64,000 nt of DNA from Candidatus Latescibacterota bacterium (GTDB lineage Bacteria; Latescibacterota; UBA2968; UBA8231), in contig CBDFJF010000001.1 of assembly GCA_965248265.1 (NCBI GenBank), positions 992,001 through 1,056,000 of the forward strand, written 5' to 3'. The stretch's first letter is position 1. Every line of letters starts with the position of its first letter. The notes under the pieces were generated by a model, which saw only the letters and a program-made list of their open reading frames with translations, did not search any database and had not been told where the DNA came from. Made by a program: the position numbers and the translations under genes. Below are positions 27,387 to 37,721 of this stretch, in pieces.

Positions 27387-28348
27387 CACACCGACGATCC
27401 CCCGGCCTGAAAGCAATTATGGACAAACTACCTCCTCGCGAGGTCCTGTTGGCGACGCTGACTGAGCATTGGGGCGTGCCGCCGAGGTCCGTGAAGCCAT
27501 GTGCCAAGTCTCGACGACTTCTTGAGATTGAAGGCCTGGGGTTCGCCCGCGTGGTGTTCGCACGGGGTCCGTTATCGGCTACCCAGGTGGTGGAGCTGGT
27601 TTCCTCTCTCGGTCAAGTCGGGTGCGCGGCGCCCGGCATCGTTCGAACAACGGCCGGGTTGCTCGCATTCGAGCTCGGGGAGGTCTCCCTTGCCGTGGAG
27701 GAGCTCCTTCCCGGCGTGGAATGCTCAGCAAGCACTCTTGGTGTACTGCCACTCGTCGGGGGCGAGTTGGCCCGGATCCACGAGGCGGTGTCTGGTTGCC
27801 AAGGAGCCCCCGGCGAGACAAGGCCCCTCGCTCCATGGGTTGAGGAGAAGATCGGCAAGGCTCTGGCGCAGGTTGACGCCCAACAGCTGTCAGCGGTCAA
27901 GGAGCTTCAGGCAGCCCTGCCCGATGACCTCAAGCAACTTGCTGTGCCGTGGGGTCTGACCCATGGAGATGTACGGGGACCTAACGTGCTTTACGATGGC
28001 CAGAATGTGGGTTTTACTGACTTCAATCCGCGGTACGTACCTCTCTTATGCGACGTCGCGATGATCCGGAACAAGTGGCTCATGAATGGCGTCATCCAAA
28101 ATGAACGACCGTTGACACTGGTGGAGATTTCCAACTTCATGAAGGGATACTGCCAGGTCAGGCCACTGACCCAGGCCGAGCGTGTTGCCTTTCCCGTGAT
28201 TTGGGCAGTTTACCAAGCGGATAGGCTTTTCCAAGACCAACGCATCGTATCCAAGTTCGACTCGGCAAGGAAGTCACGGTGGCCCATTGAAGAGCAGATC
28301 GCCGCTCTCCCGGAGGAGATTGCACGCGCACGACTGATCCTCGGTTGA
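27383..28348 (+). CDS. APH/homoserine-kinase-II-like phosphotransferase
   Basis: LARIHE, THGDVRGPNVL, TDFN, GYCQVRPLT. Confidence 0.8.
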   Translation: MTHRRSPGLKAIMDKLPPREVLLATLTEHWGVPPRSVKPCAKSRRLLEIEGLGFARVVFARGPLSATQVVELVSSLGQVGCAAPGIVRTTAGLLAFELGEVSLAVEELLPGVECSASTLGVLPLVGGELARIHEAVSGCQGAPGETRPLAPWVEEKIGKALAQVDAQQLSAVKELQAALPDDLKQLAVPWGLTHGDVRGPNVLYDGQNVGFTDFNPRYVPLLCDVAMIRNKWLMNGVIQNERPLTLVEISNFMKGYCQVRPLTQAERVAFPVIWAVYQADRLFQDQRIVSKFDSARKSRWPIEEQIAALPEEIARARLILG

Positions 28349-28393
28349 GCTTTCGCCAAACCCCTTCGCGGTTCGGGACCTTACGGACGTCAT

Positions 28394-29113
28394 ATGACAT
28401 TGAAAATGAAACTTCTTCTGATCTGGGCGACTCTTGGCTTCCTTGTGGTTAGTCGGGCTGGTGCCCAACAGGCAGATTTTTGGCCGTTCAAAATCGGTAA
28501 CGTATGGGAATATCAACATATCGTAGGAGAAACCGAGTACTCAGAGAATGGCGAAGAGCCCCAGGTCGTAATAGTGAACCAAGTAATTCTCAGCATAGAT
28601 GCTACCGAAGTGATCGATGGCAAGACATACTTCCGCTTCAACAACGGTCAATTGCTCCGCAAGGATAACGCCGGAAATGTCTACGAGTACCTGAACCGAT
28701 TTGCCGATACTGAAGAGGGCGATTATCCCATACTTGATTTCTTCACCCCTCCAAATCACGACACCACCCATATTCAACAAATACCCTATGCGCTTTTCCC
28801 CCCTACACTGGGTCGACCCATTGGCATGTGGCCTCAGCAGCGCGATTGGGTGGAGTCACCCCTCCGTCCCATTGTCATGCCTTTGGGCACCTTCACGGAG
28901 TATTTCATATTCGGATATAGTCTTGGAGTGGCAGAGACCTATGCTTATCTATTCGCCGATGGAGTAGGTCTGATCTCTTCCTTTCAGGGAAGCGATACCC
29001 CGGTGCTCAATCGCTATGAGTTAATCAGAGCTACAATTGATGGAAAAAAACATCCAACGCACGTGGAATCATCAAGCTCGTGGGGAGCGCTCAAGCGACT
29101 GAATAGAGAGTAG
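28394..29113 (+). CDS. Secreted protein with a C-terminal SWGALK tail
   Basis: Signal peptide, FWPFKIGNVWEY, FADGVGLI, PTHVESSSSWGALKR; low GC. Confidence 0.75.
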   Translation: MTLKMKLLLIWATLGFLVVSRAGAQQADFWPFKIGNVWEYQHIVGETEYSENGEEPQVVIVNQVILSIDATEVIDGKTYFRFNNGQLLRKDNAGNVYEYLNRFADTEEGDYPILDFFTPPNHDTTHIQQIPYALFPPTLGRPIGMWPQQRDWVESPLRPIVMPLGTFTEYFIFGYSLGVAETYAYLFADGVGLISSFQGSDTPVLNRYELIRATIDGKKHPTHVESSSSWGALKRLNRE

Positions 29114-29371
29114 ATGGCGAAACGCGATGGTGGTATTCCAGCGTGAGCGGCTCAGCCGTCGACGCCACCGGCGCACCACGAGACTGTTGTCGCCCTGGTC
29201 GAGCAGACCAGGCCGGGCAGCAGGTTCTCTGAGATCGATCCCCCGCCACTGAGACATGTGCGCCCGCCGCTGACTGCGAAGCCGATGACGGCTCCCCAGA
29301 TGGCTGGAGCGGTCACACCAACAACCGGGTTGGGGCCGTGCATAGGGTGGGGAGAGGGCGAGCGCTGCCAG

Positions 29372-32300
29372 TCATGGCGCTCTTCTGGGTAGATACGAAA
29401 CCCTCAGCGCCTGCTTCAACCAGACTCCGAGATCGTCCATCAGGCAATACAGGGTCGGTGCCAGCACCAGCGTGAGCAGGGTCGATGTCGTCAAGCCGCT
29501 GACGACGACCAGGCCGGTGGGTCCCCAGCGTTTGGAGAACCCCTCGGCGGTGCCGTAGATCATGGGGATGACGAGCGGCAGGAGATTGAGAATCGTCGTC
29601 GCTGCGGTCATCAGGATAGGCCGTAGCCGGTGTTGTCCTCCCAGCAGGATCGCCTCTCGACGCGACAACCCCTGAGCGCGCAGACGATTGATGTGATCGA
29701 TGAGGACGATGCCGTTATTGACGACGATGCCGAAGAGGATCAGCAGGCCCAGGGTGCCGTTGTCATCGAATGGGATGTCCAGAGCGGAGAGCCCCAGGGC
29801 CACACCGATCAGGGAGAACGGGATCGCCAGCATGATGGTGAAGGGATACACCAGCGACTCGAACAGCGAAGCCATGATGAGATATATGAGCAACACGGCG
29901 AAGAGAGTCGTCAGGGTCGTATCTTCCTCATCCTCCCGTTCCCACCAGCGCTCGTTCGTCCCCAGTTTCCAGGAGTAGCCAGGGGGCAAATCTATCGAGT
30001 CTATCATTTCTTCGACCGGCTCTTTTAGTTGCGTGGCCTGCTCCTGAGTCGCCGTGTTGGCGAACATCGTGACCTTGAGCCGGCGATCGACTCTGTTCAG
30101 ACTCCATGGCGCGGGGCGCAATCGAAAGTCAGCTAGAGACGCCAGTTGAATCGGCTGTTCGTCACGACCCCGAAAGGTACTGCTGCGCAGCTGGTCGATG
30201 GACTCACGGTCGTCCTCGTTCAACTGCATGACGATGTCGATTTGCCGGTTGTCGCCGTTGAACCCGCTCGCCCTCCGGGTCCCGAAAGCGGCGGCGATAC
30301 CCGAGGCCACTTCGCCGGTGGATAGACCGTGGCTGAACACCCTTTCCCCATCCACGTCTACCTGGATCTCCTCCCTGCCGTCCTCGAGGCTGGTGGTGAC
30401 GCCTTTCACCCCTGGCATGCGCTGCAATTGGTCCGCAATCTCGTCCATGAACACGGCCAGCACGTCCGGATCGCGTCCGTACAGCTCCACCTCTACTCCG
30501 TGGGTGTTTCTCCACGACCAGCCCGCCTTGTGGGTGTAACCCACTTTTTCGGGCAGCACCGCCATGATGGCGCTGGCCGCTTCCGGCGTGGTCAGACGAC
30601 CGTCGTCGGCATCGACCAGATAGACATGCATGCGGCAGACGCGCTGCTGGATGTCGGTGACGAGGTACTCGATGTCGAACTCGGCCTTGTTCTTCAACAA
30701 CCGTTTTTCGATCTCTGCGAAAAAGGCCATTGAATCCTCGAGATCGTAGCTGCGATCCACGAGGGTCGTCGTGGTCACGCGACGCTCGCGCTGCCACGGG
30801 CTCCCCTGGTGCTCGATTCCCTGGTAGAGATAGTATCCCGTTCCCGAGAGCCCCAGGGTGGCCGCCAGCACAACCCAGCGGTGGTCAAGGGTCCATCCCA
30901 GTAGTCTCGCGTACGAGCTGCGCAGTCCGTGGCGGCCGGCGACGACCCAGATCGCCACCAGGGCCAGCGCCGCGATGGCGAATCCGAGCGCCGAAGTCCA
31001 CTCCATGCCCTTGATCGAATCGCCTATGAGCCTGAGCCAGCGCGCCCACCACAGCGAAAGCGTCCTGCCACCCACCGTTTCCAGCTTGTACCACACGAGC
31101 CCGCCGATGGCGGCGACGATGGCCAGCACGATGTAGCGGTCGTAGCGCTCGATCCCGTCCCTGAACAGGCGCGACGCCGCCAGCGGCAGCAGGGCGAGCG
31201 CAACCACCATCGACATGAGGACGGCCAGGCAGATCGCCATGCCCGCATCGCGCATCCACAGTGCCGAGCCACTATTGGAGAAGAAGAAGAACGGCACGAA
31301 AACGCAGGTCGTTGTGAGGCAGGAGGCGAGCACCGCCAGGCCGACCTCGCGACCGCCGACCAGAGCCGCTTCATCCGCATTCTTGCCCCCCTCGTGACGG
31401 TGGCGGAAAATGCTGTCCAGGGCGACTACGGCCGGATCCACGAGCATCCCCACGGCGAGCATGAGTCCGATCATCGTCACCATGTTGAGGCTGACCTCGG
31501 ACCCGAAGACCTCACGCGCCACGTACAAACCTACGAACACACACAGCGCCGACGTCGGGATCGCCAAGCCGACTATGACGGTGGCGCGAATGCTGCGCAT
31601 AAAGACGAAGATGACCGCCATCGCCAGCAGGGCGCCGATACTGGCGGTGTTCACGAGGGTATTGACTTCGCGGGATACGCGAGCGGCGCGGTTGCGGACT
31701 ACCGCGAAATCGATCTTGCCGGCGTACTCCTCCTCGAAGCGCTCCAGCGCGTCGACGAGGGTCTCACCCACCTCCACGATGTTGGCCTGGTCCGTCTTGT
31801 AGACCATGATCTCGGCCGATTCTCTCCCGTCGAGGCGCTCGTACCTCGTCTTCGCGGGCAAGCCGTAGACGACGTGGCCGATATCGCTCAACCGCAGCCG
31901 GCCGCCCTGCAACGGCAGATCACCGATCGCCTCCGGCTCTTGAAACTCGCTCAGCAGCCGGGCCAGGTAACGCGTGTCCCCCTCCCTGATCCTGCCCACC
32001 GACATGTTGACGTTGTTTTCCCGCAGCTGGCGGTCCAACGTCGCTCGTGTGAGCCCGTGAGACTGCAGCTGCTCGCGGTCGAGATCGATCGAGAGCTGCG
32101 GCAGGTCCACGCTGCCCACCACTAGGTTTCCCACCCCGGGCAGACGGCGAATGTGGGGCACTATGACGTTGTAGATGACGTCGAGCAAACGGTCGTTGTC
32201 GCCGCGCCATGCCAGACGGGCGTTTATGATCGGTTCCTGACCCGTCTGCCAGCGCTGCACACTTATGTAATCTGTCTCCGGGGGCATGGAGGCACGCGCC

Positions 32301-32644
32301 AGATCCGCGCGCTCCCGCGTCTGCATGGTCGCCACATCCATGTCCGTGCCGGCCTTGAACTCGACTCTCACGCTGGCTTCGCTTCTGCTATTCGACGTCG
32401 AAGTGATTCGCTCTATGTTGCTGAGCGTCCCGAGTGCCGTTTCGAGGGGAATGGTCACTTTCTGCTCGATCTCCTCAGCGGAGGCGTTTGGCAACTTTGT
32501 CTTCACGTTGATGCCAGAAGACGACACGTTGGGATACAGCTGCAGCGGCAGCTGACGGAGGGACACCAGCCCCAGAACCACAACCGACATGGTGACCATC
32601 GCTGTGGTCACCGGCCGGCGAAGCGAAAAGTCGGTCAGAGTCAT
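29372..32644 (-). CDS. RND efflux permease subunit (AcrB/AcrD/AcrF family)
   Basis: RRPVTT, GMLVD, YLIMASLFES, GIVVNNGIVLID, RLRPILMT. Confidence 0.92.
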   Translation of the reverse strand: MTLTDFSLRRPVTTAMVTMSVVVLGLVSLRQLPLQLYPNVSSSGINVKTKLPNASAEEIEQKVTIPLETALGTLSNIERITSTSNSRSEASVRVEFKAGTDMDVATMQTRERADLARASMPPETDYISVQRWQTGQEPIINARLAWRGDNDRLLDVIYNVIVPHIRRLPGVGNLVVGSVDLPQLSIDLDREQLQSHGLTRATLDRQLRENNVNMSVGRIREGDTRYLARLLSEFQEPEAIGDLPLQGGRLRLSDIGHVVYGLPAKTRYERLDGRESAEIMVYKTDQANIVEVGETLVDALERFEEEYAGKIDFAVVRNRAARVSREVNTLVNTASIGALLAMAVIFVFMRSIRATVIVGLAIPTSALCVFVGLYVAREVFGSEVSLNMVTMIGLMLAVGMLVDPAVVALDSIFRHRHEGGKNADEAALVGGREVGLAVLASCLTTTCVFVPFFFFSNSGSALWMRDAGMAICLAVLMSMVVALALLPLAASRLFRDGIERYDRYIVLAIVAAIGGLVWYKLETVGGRTLSLWWARWLRLIGDSIKGMEWTSALGFAIAALALVAIWVVAGRHGLRSSYARLLGWTLDHRWVVLAATLGLSGTGYYLYQGIEHQGSPWQRERRVTTTTLVDRSYDLEDSMAFFAEIEKRLLKNKAEFDIEYLVTDIQQRVCRMHVYLVDADDGRLTTPEAASAIMAVLPEKVGYTHKAGWSWRNTHGVEVELYGRDPDVLAVFMDEIADQLQRMPGVKGVTTSLEDGREEIQVDVDGERVFSHGLSTGEVASGIAAAFGTRRASGFNGDNRQIDIVMQLNEDDRESIDQLRSSTFRGRDEQPIQLASLADFRLRPAPWSLNRVDRRLKVTMFANTATQEQATQLKEPVEEMIDSIDLPPGYSWKLGTNERWWEREDEEDTTLTTLFAVLLIYLIMASLFESLVYPFTIMLAIPFSLIGVALGLSALDIPFDDNGTLGLLILFGIVVNNGIVLIDHINRLRAQGLSRREAILLGGQHRLRPILMTAATTILNLLPLVIPMIYGTAEGFSKRWGPTGLVVVSGLTTSTLLTLVLAPTLYCLMDDLGVWLKQALRVSYLPRRAP

Positions 32645-32651
32645 CGCGACA

Positions 32652-35600
32652 TTATCGGCCGCGGTCCACGCTGGCGTACACGACCGGGATGAGTAGCAGG
32701 GTGAGGGCCGAAGAGAGGATCAGACCGCCGATGACGGTGATAGCCAGGGGAGCGCGGACCTCGGCTCCTTCACCCAGGCCCAGGGCCATGGGCAACAGCG
32801 CGAGTACGGTCGTCGACGTCGTCATCATAATCGGCCGGAAGCGGACCTCGGCCCCGCGCGCGACGGCAGCCATCTTCTCCATGCCCTCGTCACGCCGCAA
32901 GTGGTTGATATAGTCGACCAACACGATGGCGTTGTTGACGACTATGCCGGCGAGCATGACGAGACCGATGAGGACGACGACGCTGATCGTCGTGCCCGTC
33001 GCCAGCAGGGCGGCGGCGGTGCCCGTCAATCCCAGGGGGATCGTGAACATGATGATGAGCGGATGCAATAGGGACTCGAACTGCGATGCCATGACCAGGT
33101 AGACGAGAAACACCGCCAGCATGAGGGCGAGCTTCATGCTGTCGAAGGATTTCACCATCTCCTCGTTCTGGCCTCTCATGGTGATGGAAAACCCCTCTGG
33201 CAGAACAATGTCCCGGAGCGCGTGCTCGATCTCCGAGACGGCGCCGCCCAGGTCCCGGCCCTGCAGGTTCGCCGACACCAGGGCCACACGTTGCTGGCCT
33301 ACGCGGCGGATCTCGGACGGTCCCTCAACAGCTGCCACGTGGGCTACCGACGACAGCGCCACCGGCAGCGGGTAGGAGCTCGGGCTCACGACCATCCGCT
33401 TCAGGTCTTCGAGGGTCTCACGCTCTTCATCAAGGGCGCGAACGCGGATGTCGATCCTGCGATCCCGGCGGGTAAGCCTCGTGGCCACCTCACCCTGAAG
33501 CTTGTTGCGCAGCAGCTCGCCGATCTGCTGGGCGGTAGTGCCCAGCTCGGCGACGCGCTGGCGATCGAGGGAAATCTGAATCTCCGGCTGTCCAACTGTC
33601 GCGCTTGAGCGGATGTCCGTGATCCCGTCGATACGGGTGAGGCGCCCGGCGATGTCGCCGGCGAGAAGGCGCAGTGTCGGCAGACTGTACCCGGCCACTT
33701 CCACTTGCACGGGCGCCCGGTGAGAGAAGTACGATGGCCGCGAGAACTTGTGGGTCAGCTCCGGTTCATCCGCGAGGGCGGCGCGTACCTGCGCCATCAC
33801 AGCTTCTTCCTCGGTCCCCTGACGCAGGCGCACGATCAGTTGGGCCATGTGCTCCCTTTTCTCTCCCGTTATCCCGCCGACCTGAGCATTGGTGCCCACC
33901 AGGGAGAACACGGAGGCCACGGCTGAAAGCCTTGCAACCTTTTGATCGATGGTGGCAACCCATGCGGCCGTCTGTTCGAGCGGGGTTCCCGGTTTCCACT
34001 CCAGATCGACGACAAATTCTCCCTGGCTCATCTCCGGTATCAACTCCACTCCGAGGCTCCGGGCATGATGGAGCGTGACTACGGCGGCGACGATGGCGAC
34101 GCCGAACACGGCCAGTCGGTGTCGGAAGGACCAGCTCAGAACGCGCGGGTAAGCCCGTTGAAGTGCATTGAACACGAGGTCGAAGAGCCAGTAGGCCGGA
34201 AGCAACGGGACAGACAACAGTCGGCGGACCGCCGCCGTACGCGCTCGCATGCCTCGAATGGAGGCCGCCATCCCGGCCACGCCGGGGCTGGTTGCCTGAC
34301 CCGAAGTCGGTACGGTCGTCCCGGCGACGCTCATCGAGGAAAGCATCGGGATGAGCGTGAACGCGACGAGCAAGGATGCCAGCAGCGAGTACGTCACCGT
34401 GAGCGCCTGATCTCGAAAGAGCTGGCCGGCAACCCCTTCCACGAATACGATCGGCAGGAATACACAAATCGTCGTCATCGTCGCCGTGACGACGGCGCGG
34501 CTCACCTCGCTGGCGCCGCGCCGCGCCGCCTCCATGGCACTGGCGCCACGGTCGCGGCAGCGCTGCACACTCTCGAGGACGACAATCGAATTGTCGACGA
34601 GCATACCGATCCCCAGAGCCAACCCGCCCAGGGACATGATGTTCAAGCTGATGTCGAAGGCGAACATCACGAAGAACGTGGTGATCACCGAAAGAGGTAT
34701 CGACAACCCGATGATGAGGGTGCTTTTGAGGGAACGCAAAAAGAAGAAGAGGATCAGCACGGCCAGGAAGCCGCCGATGATGGCGGTTTCCAGTACCTGG
34801 TCCACCGCTTGCTGAATGAACGTGGCCTGATCGAAGACGATCTCCATGCCGCCACCATGCCGCAGTGGCGGGCTCTCTTCGAGGAAAGCATCCAGACGGT
34901 CCCGCAGGTCGCTGCTCACCGTTACGGTGTTGGAGTCGCCTTCCTTGAAGATCGCCACCTCTACCCCCTCGCGGCCGTTGATGCGCGTGACCAGGTCTCT
35001 GTCGCGGTGGCCCCGCGACACTCGCCCTACATCCGCGAGCTTGATCGGCGCGCGGTCGATCAGCCCGATGACGATCTGAGCGATATCGTCGAGGGTCTCG
35101 AACTCGTTCAATGTCCGCACGAGGAACTCTGACTCGCCGTCTTTGAGAACCCCGCCGGTGAGATTGACGTTTTCCTCGCCCAGGCGGCGAGTCACCTGAT
35201 CGACGGGAATCCCCAGGTAGTCAAGACGGGCAGTACTGACCTCTACCTGGATCTCTTCCTCCAACCCGCCTTCGATGCGGACCGCCGCGACGCCTGCGAG
35301 GCTCTCCAACCCCGGTCGCAACTGCTCCTGGGCAATGCGGCGCAGCTCCATTAGGTGAACATCGCCGTAGAGAACCACGCGCATGATGGGATCCAGGCTC
35401 GGATCGAAGCGCAGCAGGATGGACGGGCTGGAGTCGTGAGGGGGAAACCCACCCGTGGTTATTTCGAGCTTCTCGCGTATTTCGAGTGACGCGAAGTCCA
35501 TGTTCGTCCCCCAGGCGAACTGGACGATGACATCGGAAACGCCTGGCCGGGAAATTGAGGAGACGTTGACGACGTTGCTCGCCACGCTGGCTCGCTTCTC

Positions 35601-35801
35601 AATGGGCTCCGAAAGCAGGCGTTCGATTTCCTGCGTCGCGGCACCTTCGTACTCCGTGCGTACCGTGATGGTCGGATAGGTGATGTCGGGCAGCAGATTG
35701 ACCGCCAGGCGTGAAAACCCTTCAGAGCCGAAGGCCAGGATGGCGACCATGAGCATGGCCACCGTCACCCGGCGCGTGGTCGAAAACTGGACCAGTTTCA
35801 C
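32652..35801 (-). CDS. RND efflux permease subunit (AcrB/AcrD/AcrF family)
   Basis: LLPDITYP, GMLVDNSIVVLE, MASQFES, RFRPIMMT. Confidence 0.93.
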   Translation of the reverse strand: MKLVQFSTTRRVTVAMLMVAILAFGSEGFSRLAVNLLPDITYPTITVRTEYEGAATQEIERLLSEPIEKRASVASNVVNVSSISRPGVSDVIVQFAWGTNMDFASLEIREKLEITTGGFPPHDSSPSILLRFDPSLDPIMRVVLYGDVHLMELRRIAQEQLRPGLESLAGVAAVRIEGGLEEEIQVEVSTARLDYLGIPVDQVTRRLGEENVNLTGGVLKDGESEFLVRTLNEFETLDDIAQIVIGLIDRAPIKLADVGRVSRGHRDRDLVTRINGREGVEVAIFKEGDSNTVTVSSDLRDRLDAFLEESPPLRHGGGMEIVFDQATFIQQAVDQVLETAIIGGFLAVLILFFFLRSLKSTLIIGLSIPLSVITTFFVMFAFDISLNIMSLGGLALGIGMLVDNSIVVLESVQRCRDRGASAMEAARRGASEVSRAVVTATMTTICVFLPIVFVEGVAGQLFRDQALTVTYSLLASLLVAFTLIPMLSSMSVAGTTVPTSGQATSPGVAGMAASIRGMRARTAAVRRLLSVPLLPAYWLFDLVFNALQRAYPRVLSWSFRHRLAVFGVAIVAAVVTLHHARSLGVELIPEMSQGEFVVDLEWKPGTPLEQTAAWVATIDQKVARLSAVASVFSLVGTNAQVGGITGEKREHMAQLIVRLRQGTEEEAVMAQVRAALADEPELTHKFSRPSYFSHRAPVQVEVAGYSLPTLRLLAGDIAGRLTRIDGITDIRSSATVGQPEIQISLDRQRVAELGTTAQQIGELLRNKLQGEVATRLTRRDRRIDIRVRALDEERETLEDLKRMVVSPSSYPLPVALSSVAHVAAVEGPSEIRRVGQQRVALVSANLQGRDLGGAVSEIEHALRDIVLPEGFSITMRGQNEEMVKSFDSMKLALMLAVFLVYLVMASQFESLLHPLIIMFTIPLGLTGTAAALLATGTTISVVVLIGLVMLAGIVVNNAIVLVDYINHLRRDEGMEKMAAVARGAEVRFRPIMMTTSTTVLALLPMALGLGEGAEVRAPLAITVIGGLILSSALTLLLIPVVYASVDRGR

Positions 35802-36934
35802 GGACTCGCCTCGCCCGCCTCTTCCTTCGGGGCTGACCCTACTATGCGGACGAGGGTGCCTTCTTTGAGTCCCTTGTGGCCGACGGTAACCAGCATGTCA
35901 CCCTCAGCTACTCCGGAGAGCACTTCGACGTGGTCGCCCTCTATCAGACCGAGCTCGACTGGAACCTTGCGCGCCTTGGAATCGACAATGGCGAAGACGT
36001 CGTCCTCTTCCGTCTCCAGAACGAGCGCCTTCTTGGGAATCACCAGCGTCGAAGGGCGCCGCCCGGTGACGAGCCGGACGGTAGCGAACATGCCGGGTCT
36101 GAGCTGATCGCTCCCCGGCACCTGCAGAGTCACCTTCACCGTGCCACTCTCCGGGATCACCTCGGGGCTGATCATGTGGATGCGGGAATCGAAGGTGCGG
36201 CCCGGTAGGGCCTGAACGCTGATGGTCGCCAACTGCCCGGGTTGGACATCGTACATGCGTCGTTCCGGGATGAAGACGCGCGCGAGGAGGAGGTCGAAAT
36301 CGGCGATGACGCAGATCTCCTGATTCCCGTTCACGAGATCGCCCCGTTCGACCAGCCGTCGCGTGATCACGCCCCCTATCGGGGCGCGGATGGTCGTGTG
36401 AGCGAAACCGATCTCGGCTTGTTCCAATCCTACCTTGCTGCTCTCGTAGCGCAGCCGGGTCGTCTCGAACCGCGCTCGGCTGACCATGTTTCTCTTGTGC
36501 AGGTCCTGGACGCGTTCGAAGCTCGACTTCGCGTCCTCATGTTCCGCCCGCGACTGCCGCAACTGCAGGCTGGCCTCCTCCTGCTCGAGCTCTACGAGGA
36601 CCTGGCCTGGCCTGACCTCGTCTCCCTCCTCCAAGTGCAACTGCTCGACCAGCGCGGTCGTGCGCGCGTGGACCGTGACCTGACGCTTTGCATCCAGTCT
36701 GGCGTAGGTCTCTAGGTGGATGAACAGATCTTCTCTGACCACCGGCTCCGCTCTCACGGGAATCGCCGTCGCGGCAGGAGCTTCTTCCGAGCTGCTCCCT
36801 TCAACCGCGCTTCCGCTCTCGCTCTCCTCCCGCTCTCCGCAAGCTGCCAGGAGAGCAAGGCAAACGCCAACGACACCCATGACAGTGACTGGCCGGCCGC
36901 TATGCTGATACGTCATCCGAATCTCCCGGGACAC
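35798..36934 (-). CDS. RND periplasmic adaptor (membrane fusion protein), lipoprotein
   Basis: LAAC lipobox, EEGDEVRPGQVL, IRAPIGGVI, LRPGMFA. Confidence 0.92.
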   Translation of the reverse strand: MSREIRMTYQHSGRPVTVMGVVGVCLALLAACGEREESESGSAVEGSSSEEAPAATAIPVRAEPVVREDLFIHLETYARLDAKRQVTVHARTTALVEQLHLEEGDEVRPGQVLVELEQEEASLQLRQSRAEHEDAKSSFERVQDLHKRNMVSRARFETTRLRYESSKVGLEQAEIGFAHTTIRAPIGGVITRRLVERGDLVNGNQEICVIADFDLLLARVFIPERRMYDVQPGQLATISVQALPGRTFDSRIHMISPEVIPESGTVKVTLQVPGSDQLRPGMFATVRLVTGRRPSTLVIPKKALVLETEEDDVFAIVDSKARKVPVELGLIEGDHVEVLSGVAEGDMLVTVGHKGLKEGTLVRIVGSAPKEEAGEASP

Positions 36935-37520
36935 ATATAGGTCTGTGGTGCTTCAGCCTGGTTCCGACGCTGGCGGACATCCGAGCGAAATGATGGAGCT
37001 CCTATCGTTGCATACCTTCAGAGTCTTGGGCGTGGAGAATACGACAGATCGTAATGGTCTCCTGCCAATTGCCTGTGCTTCAGGCTCCACGGATGCGCCC
37101 AGGCTTAGAGCTACATTCTGTATTTGGAATCAGTCGCTCCGCCGGTCGCCTCACATCAGCGAAGCGTCAGAGTCCAAGATGGCACGATACGACAGTTTTT
37201 TGCACAATGTCAAGCTTGGCAAGGACCCGCTGGTCTGGCAGGCGTACATGTGGCGCGATGCCCTTGCCCGTGGCGTTCCCGCTCTGTCACAGGCTGCGGC
37301 GCGTCACGACATGGATGTTGCAACATTGGCCGAACTCGTGGATATGCAAGCGCCCACGAGAGCGACAGATTCGCCGCGGCAGCTCTCGAAGCCGACAAAC
37401 TTGCGATCGGGCATATCGAGTCGGCTCTGAAGGTGCTGCCGTAGGACAACTATACAATAGTCGTGCGAGCGCGGTGAATGATCGTAGGCAACACTCTTTT
37501 CTGGCGCCCAGCAGGCGCGA

Positions 37521-37585
37521 ATCCGGGTCTCCGTGTTGTTTAGATGCAGCTTGTTACGTATACAACCAGTTGTTGCAGGACATGA
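37521..37585 (+). repeat. Dispersed repeat, copy B
   Basis: ATCCGGGTCT...TTGTTACGTATACAACCAGTT (37551-37571)...GACATGA, matching 12891-12955. Confidence 0.75.
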
Positions 37586-37721
37586 ATGAGAGTGTATTCC
37601 CAATTCATAGCTGGTGAAGTGTAGCTTTCTGGTGCGCGAATGAGTGCTCGCAACGCTGCCAATGGTGACCGTTACCATGAGATACCACTGGGCTGATACT
37701 CCCCCGGAAAAATGGACACCG

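Noticed and set aside
36945-37430. 161-aa ORF upstream of the RND operon
   Set aside because: No recognisable motif or clear SD; may hide a shorter real gene from ~37179, but I cannot support it.
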